This document shows, piece after piece, positions 31,101 to 34,909 of a stretch of DNA of 34,909 nt. Source of the DNA: a virus (Duplodnaviria; Caudoviricetes). The stretch is taken from the IMG/VR virus record IMGVR_UViG_3300021962_000334, positions 1-34,909 of that record. One strand, given 5' to 3'. The translations under genes were made by a program, and so were the position numbers. Each line of letters opens with the position of its first letter. Position 1 is the stretch's first letter. Below the pieces are notes generated by a model. It was not told the DNA's origin and did not search any database. It worked only from the letters and a program-made list of their open reading frames with translations.

Positions 31101-34100
31101 TTGCCCACCACCCACCTTGGGCAGCAGCTTCTTGAGCGCCGTCGGGACGATGACGTCGTAGAAGGCACGCATCCCCTTGGCCTCGACCTTAAGGTCGGCC
31201 CCGCTCAGGACATTGCTGTCGCCAATCACTTCAGTCGGGTTGCCGAGAAGCCTGTCAGCCGCCTCCTTCCCGATGAAGTCGGGCAGCTTTTCGGGCGCGA
31301 CGGTTTCGTTGATAACCGTCTTCCCATCCCGATCGTAAGCACGAAGGCGCTGATCCCCGTTGGGGTTGTACCGGATCTGACTAAGGGTCTTGTCCAGCGA
31401 GAACCGCTCCGCGTTCTGCGCGCCGTTGGTGAACGCCACCTTGTCGTAGCCGCCCTCGACCGCCATCGTCAGCACACGCTTGAGCGCCAGGTTCAGCCAG
31501 CCCTCGGTCTTGGTGACGAAGGGGGCGCGTGGTGTAAGCCCAACCTTTATCGATGGAGAAGCCGCCATAAGCAGTGGAAGCGATTCTCTTGCCCGTGCAA
31601 TTGCTTCGTTTGCGGTAGCTGCGTGTCTAGTTCCGACCCTCGCTCCATTCACGTACATTGCGTACTCAGACTGACCCGGGAAATACTTTGATTCCCCAAC
31701 CAATTCAGCCCTGACATCAGCAGGCCCTTCAGCAAATCCACTCTTCTTCCCCTCCTGCCCCCAGTCGGACTGGATCTCCTCGACGAACAGCACTTTGTTG
31801 CCATCGGCGTCGGTGCGGTCGTTGACGCGAATGTGCGCGAGCACGTTGGGCTGGTCCCAGTGGGAGGATCTGTATTCGGTCTTAACTGCACTCTTCGCAC
31901 CTGGCCGCCGGTCAAGCTCTTCAAGGACTTCATTCGGCCAGTCCATGATGTTCTTGCCGTACTTTTGTTCCTGCTGACGAGCCCAGGCAAGGTCTTTGTC
32001 CATGCTCGGCAACGTCAGCAGCACCTCGCGGTAGCGCGCGCCTCCAGGCAAGGTCCACTTGCCGTACTTGGTTTCGGCCATCGGCGTGTCGCTTGAAGGG
32101 ATTGCTGCGTACTCGCGGCCACCAAGTTCCTCCGCTCGCGCTTCGGCTTCTTGTTGTGTGCGGAAGCCTTCAACGAACTGATCGCCGCCGGTGGCTTGGT
32201 CAACGACAGACCAACCGCCTTGCCCGCCTAGCACCGTCTCCTCAACCTGCACGCCACCCTGGCGCAGGTACTCCGCGACCTGGTCCTTCGTCACCTTGCC
32301 CTGCTGCAGCGCGAGCCAGTCGTTGACGCCGGACCACTCGACCTCGTCGGCCTTCACCGCGCCCTTGTTCACCAGGCCCTTGATGGCGTCGCGCCAGCCG
32401 GCCGCCGGCGCCGTGTTGGTCTTGATGCCTTCGACGCCCTCAGCCAGCGCGGAGTACAGGCCGAGCGCGTTGCGCTGACGGCTGGCGGTGATGTCCGGGT
32501 TGGCCGGGTCGAACGCGCCGCTGTTGCCGGTGGCGGACTTGATCTGCGTCGGCTCGAATGCGACCCAGTCGTCGCGGTCGACGTTGCCGTCGGTGTCGCT
32601 GTTGCGGATGACGATCCCGTCGTATCCCTGGGACACCAGGTCGGCCTTGAATTTTTCAATGCTGGGGTAGGAGTTCCTGTCCTCCAACATGCTTTCGTAG
32701 TCCGAGTACTCCATCGGGTTCTGGATCGACAGATGTACAAGCATGGTGACCGCGCCAGGCTTGAATCCGCCACCCGCTTCTTCGATGAACCCCTCGACCG
32801 CTACTTCCGCGTTCCCGGCATCATAGTTGCCGTCGTACAGGCTGGGCGCCGTGAACCACGAGCCGAGCTGACCAGAATACGCGGCCGTGGACTTTTGGCC
32901 CTTCGTCTTTCCGGCGTTTGTGTCGAACTCCACGAAGTCTTTTGTGGTGACGTGGAATGCGACCAACGGCCTGCCGTTTGCGTCTACCGCCTTGGACTGT
33001 TTGAACCAGCGGCGGAAAGCCGCGCTGCTGTAGTAGGTGCGGTCCTGGTTGGCTCGCTCCGCAAACGCACTCGGCTCCGGAATTCCTGCGTCCTTCAGGT
33101 ACTGCTCGACGTAGTTTTTCCGCGCTTGCATTGCATCGCCAAGCGACGGCGTTGCCGCGGGCACCGCGGCGTCCGCCTCATCCATGAACACCTGGGCCAG
33201 GTTGCGGACAGTCTTTGCATCGTATTCTTCGGCGAGCTTCTTGAAGCCGGGTTTTGACTTCAAAATCTCGACGGCTTTATCGACGACCTGATTGAATCGG
33301 TTACGGTCCGCGTTCTCCGCTTCGGCAATCTTTGCGGTGAGCTCTTTGTATCTCTGGTCTTCCTGCAGGCGAGCAAACGCCTGGCGCTCCATCTGGCCGA
33401 TCTCTTCCAAGGTGGCGTAACGCTCAGAGGACGTGCGCTGGCGGGTGGCCGTTATGCTTGGGCCCTTCATCTTCGGGCGACTGCCCTGCCGCGCGCGTTC
33501 GCCGAGCTTGGCGATGAACTCCTTCATCGGCTTGTCGACGGTGCGATCGCCGGTGAGGATGAACTCGACCGGCAACAGCGCAGCTTTTTGCGGAGCGAAC
33601 GACCGCTGGCTGATCGGCGTGTTGCGGTCCAGGCCTTCGCGGAAGTTGACCCAGCTGTTCTGCGCGCGGGTCTCCATCGTCAGCGCCCAACGGGCCCACA
33701 TGTTCGGCGTCATCGACATGTGGTTCTTCCAGGCCGCTTCTTCGCCCTTGGGTCCAAACTGCGCAGGGCTCATCGAATGGGCGTAGTAGTCGTGGACGCC
33801 GCGCAGCAGATCGTTGAAGAGCAGCGGGTAGCCGTTCACGTCGCGCTCGCCGCTGTCCTTGAGCAGCGGGTGCGCGCTGAAGTCCTGGTTTGGCGGCCCG
33901 AACGTGTCGGGCGCCGTGCCGTAGATGTAGAGGTGGTTGTTGTCCAGCAGATCCCGACGCATGTCGGCACTGGACTTGTAGGGCTCGCCCTTGCCGGTGA
34001 AGACTTCGAGCTTGACCGGCATCGCACGGAACTGGCGCAGGACTTCTTTGCTCAGCTCCTGGTACGCCTTGCGGACGTTCGGGTTCTTGAGATCGTTCTC

Positions 34101-34909
34101 GGGCAGCGAGTCGTAGACCCCGGCGATGCGGGTCTGCAGCGCGTCCTGAGCGGGCGTGATGTCCGTCTGCTCAAACGTCTTGACCTTGCCGAGTGCCGGC
34201 TCGCCCTTCTTGTTGGTCGTCGGGTTGAGGTAACCCGCTACGCGCTTTGCGGTTTCGTTCGAGACGCCGGTGCCGGCGGGAACGTCACCTCGTACTCGCT
34301 CGAATCCGAGCCCTCGGTCACGGTCACCGTAAGTCCAGAGGCGCGCAGGTCCGATATCAACTGTTCGGACATTCTTTCCAAGGGATTGCCGGGCTCGTAG
34401 TGCCCGCTCTCGGAACTGGTTGATTGCTTCTTCATTGCTTGGATCTCCAACGTAGTACGCCTCAACAAAGTCGTCGCCGAACGTCAGGCCTGGCAGGCCC
34501 GAGTCGGCAATCACTTTGTCGATCTGTTTGCGGTTCAGCCCACGCTCAAGCTCAAAGCGGAAGACGTGCGTGACATAAGAGCCATCGTCAAAGGACGTGC
34601 CCACCTTGGCTTTGATGCCGCGGCGGACATGGATCTGCTCCTGGTTGAAATTATCCGCGAACTTGGCCAGCGCGGCCAGCACCGCTGAGCGGTCGTCGTC
34701 TGCGAACGACACCGTCATGGACAGGCCGGACTCGACGTAGCCCCCGTAAAGGCCGGTGACGCCGTCCGCCTTGACCCTGGCCGAGGTGCCGGCCAACAGG
34801 TGGCGCAGGTTGTCCAGCGCCAGGTCTTGCAGCAGGCGGTGCGCCAGCATGTCGCCTTTGGCGGCCGCCGCCTGGAGCGCGGCGATGCCGGGGATCGAGC
34901 TGGTGTTGG
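28131..34909 (-). CDS. Giant polyvalent (probably virion-internal/ejected) protein, 5'-truncated by the window; contains ART-PolyVal and C-terminal LPD38 domains
   Basis: The frame is open from the window edge (no stop in 34851-34909), giving over 2250 aa. ART-PolyVal pattern FRRWFKQSKAVD.NGRPL..FH..GYDG..VAFEPTQIKSATGN.G.FD. LPD38 pattern PEFVRERNLIIP..IPMPLGF..ENRDWTGRPI..DYLI...TGGVG. Confidence 0.88.
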   Translation of the reverse strand, partial: NTSSIPGIAALQAAAAKGDMLAHRLLQDLALDNLRHLLAGTSARVKADGVTGLYGGYVESGLSMTVSFADDDRSAVLAALAKFADNFNQEQIHVRRGIKAKVGTSFDDGSYVTHVFRFELERGLNRKQIDKVIADSGLPGLTFGDDFVEAYYVGDPSNEEAINQFRERALRARQSLGKNVRTVDIGPARLWTYGDRDRGLGFERVRGDVPAGTGVSNETAKRVAGYLNPTTNKKGEPALGKVKTFEQTDITPAQDALQTRIAGVYDSLPENDLKNPNVRKAYQELSKEVLRQFRAMPVKLEVFTGKGEPYKSSADMRRDLLDNNHLYIYGTAPDTFGPPNQDFSAHPLLKDSGERDVNGYPLLFNDLLRGVHDYYAHSMSPAQFGPKGEEAAWKNHMSMTPNMWARWALTMETRAQNSWVNFREGLDRNTPISQRSFAPQKAALLPVEFILTGDRTVDKPMKEFIAKLGERARQGSRPKMKGPSITATRQRTSSERYATLEEIGQMERQAFARLQEDQRYKELTAKIAEAENADRNRFNQVVDKAVEILKSKPGFKKLAEEYDAKTVRNLAQVFMDEADAAVPAATPSLGDAMQARKNYVEQYLKDAGIPEPSAFAERANQDRTYYSSAAFRRWFKQSKAVDANGRPLVAFHVTTKDFVEFDTNAGKTKGQKSTAAYSGQLGSWFTAPSLYDGNYDAGNAEVAVEGFIEEAGGGFKPGAVTMLVHLSIQNPMEYSDYESMLEDRNSYPSIEKFKADLVSQGYDGIVIRNSDTDGNVDRDDWVAFEPTQIKSATGNSGAFDPANPDITASRQRNALGLYSALAEGVEGIKTNTAPAAGWRDAIKGLVNKGAVKADEVEWSGVNDWLALQQGKVTKDQVAEYLRQGGVQVEETVLGGQGGWSVVDQATGGDQFVEGFRTQQEAEARAEELGGREYAAIPSSDTPMAETKYGKWTLPGGARYREVLLTLPSMDKDLAWARQQEQKYGKNIMDWPNEVLEELDRRPGAKSAVKTEYRSSHWDQPNVLAHIRVNDRTDADGNKVLFVEEIQSDWGQEGKKSGFAEGPADVRAELVGESKYFPGQSEYAMYVNGARVGTRHAATANEAIARARESLPLLMAASPSIKVGLTPRAPFVTKTEGWLNLALKRVLTMAVEGGYDKVAFTNGAQNAERFSLDKTLSQIRYNPNGDQRLRAYDRDGKTVINETVAPEKLPDFIGKEAADRLLGNPTEVIGDSNVLSGADLKVEAKGMRAFYDVIVPTALKKLLPKVGGGQMGVVEIQPLGKKARPSDDNIDYGITFDGMDSVTPDGERFRRYEDAVAHVKTNLDKYALVQPGLTITDAMREKVGEGLPMFSRRRNIFNQPAPLASWTMAPDSKMDDFLYKMQDKQIDTKRVVEAIRQAAGSIDDKWNAYLQEELYHGRTAKQTADFLTSELRPLLQDMQARGVTMDEFEEFLHNRHAEERNDQIARVNPNMPDGGSGIDTADARTYLAGLDPAKRRAYDALAQRVDAISAGTRQLLVASGLETQDTIDAWERTYGSYVPLFREDTDFAAGGGAGTGQGYSVRGPASRRATGSSRPVVDILANLAMQRERTIVRAEKARVAQAIYGMAVQNPNTDFWLAVDPEGQRDPNTAIADLIRMGINPIDAQNIIREPVQQTIDPRTGLVVQRVNPLLRTSDNVLAVRIDGRERYVFFNPNNDRSQRMAEALKNLDADQLGRVMSMTAMVTRWFASVNTQFNPIFGVINFGRDVQGAVLNLTTTQIADRKAEVMAGVMPALRGIYSDLRSRRAGKGPATGTWATLWEEFQREGGQTGFRDMFARSDDRSKKLQDEINRMGRKGYDVRRLVDPNNAVFGWLSDYNETMENAVRLSAYKAALNKGLSKQQAASIAKNLTVNFNRKGQVATQMGALYAFFNAGVQGTTRLVETLRGPAGKKIIAGGLLLGSAQALLLAAAGFDEDEPPEFVRERNLIIPTGNGKYINIPMPLGFHVIPNTSRVLTEFALSGWKKPTKRLLQITGAFLEAFNPIGNAGWSVQTIAPTIADPLVALAENRDWTGRPIAKKDRSDLQPTPGYTRAKETASWFSKQLSYYLNLASGGTKYKQGVISPTPDQLDYLIGQATGGVGREALKIEQTITSQVTGEELPPYKVPLLGRFYGDTKSPAAESNRFYENLKRINEHEAEIKGRRKNREGGIDEYRRANPEARLVDLANQTERDVQDLRKRRRELLERGASKETIQIQEQRIATRMKRFNDRVRQVEEQAAR

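Noticed and set aside
1-34909. Diversity-generating retroelement, tRNA genes, lysis cassette
   Set aside because: No reverse transcriptase, template/variable repeat pair, tRNA cloverleaf, endolysin or holin was recognised by eye. They may lie outside the window.

Overview
This GC-rich 34.9-kb window is most of the genome of a tailed dsDNA phage with podovirus-like organisation. A betaproteobacterial host is plausible but is inference only. No host genes, rRNA, tRNA or CRISPR array were seen. Layout: (1) a minus-strand late operon at 1-10020 with small leader genes, TerS, P22-type TerL, portal, several small accessory head-region genes, scaffold, N4-gp56-type major capsid protein and decoration proteins. 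It is preceded by a pR'-like promoter and leader terminator at about 10036-10137. (2) A plus-strand accessory cassette at 10255-13142 containing DUF932 and small ORFs. (3) A minus-strand operon at 13105-18504: Cro-like regulator, primase-polymerase/helicase, iteron-rich putative origin, VRR-NUC, SNF2 helicase and Q-like antiterminator. (4) A plus-strand early/replication operon at 18749-28085 with many small ORFs, an SGNH hydrolase, DUF2800 Cas4-like nuclease, DUF2815 SSB, family A DNA polymerase, DUF3310 and an Xis-like HTH. (5) The 3' part of a giant minus-strand polyvalent protein (over 2250 aa, with ART-PolyVal and LPD38 domains). Both window ends cut late genes, so the tail and lysis genes probably lie outside. 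No integrase or CI repressor is visible. The most unusual observations are a W[ND]xEAxxR peptide motif shared by both ends of the scaffold and two tiny late-operon proteins, a GLI[KR]xAM motif shared by small basic head-region proteins, a four-copy conserved leader hairpin, a duplicated operator/promoter module, and repeated SD/stop/start joints delimiting small gene cassettes. All family assignments come from motif recognition, not database searches.
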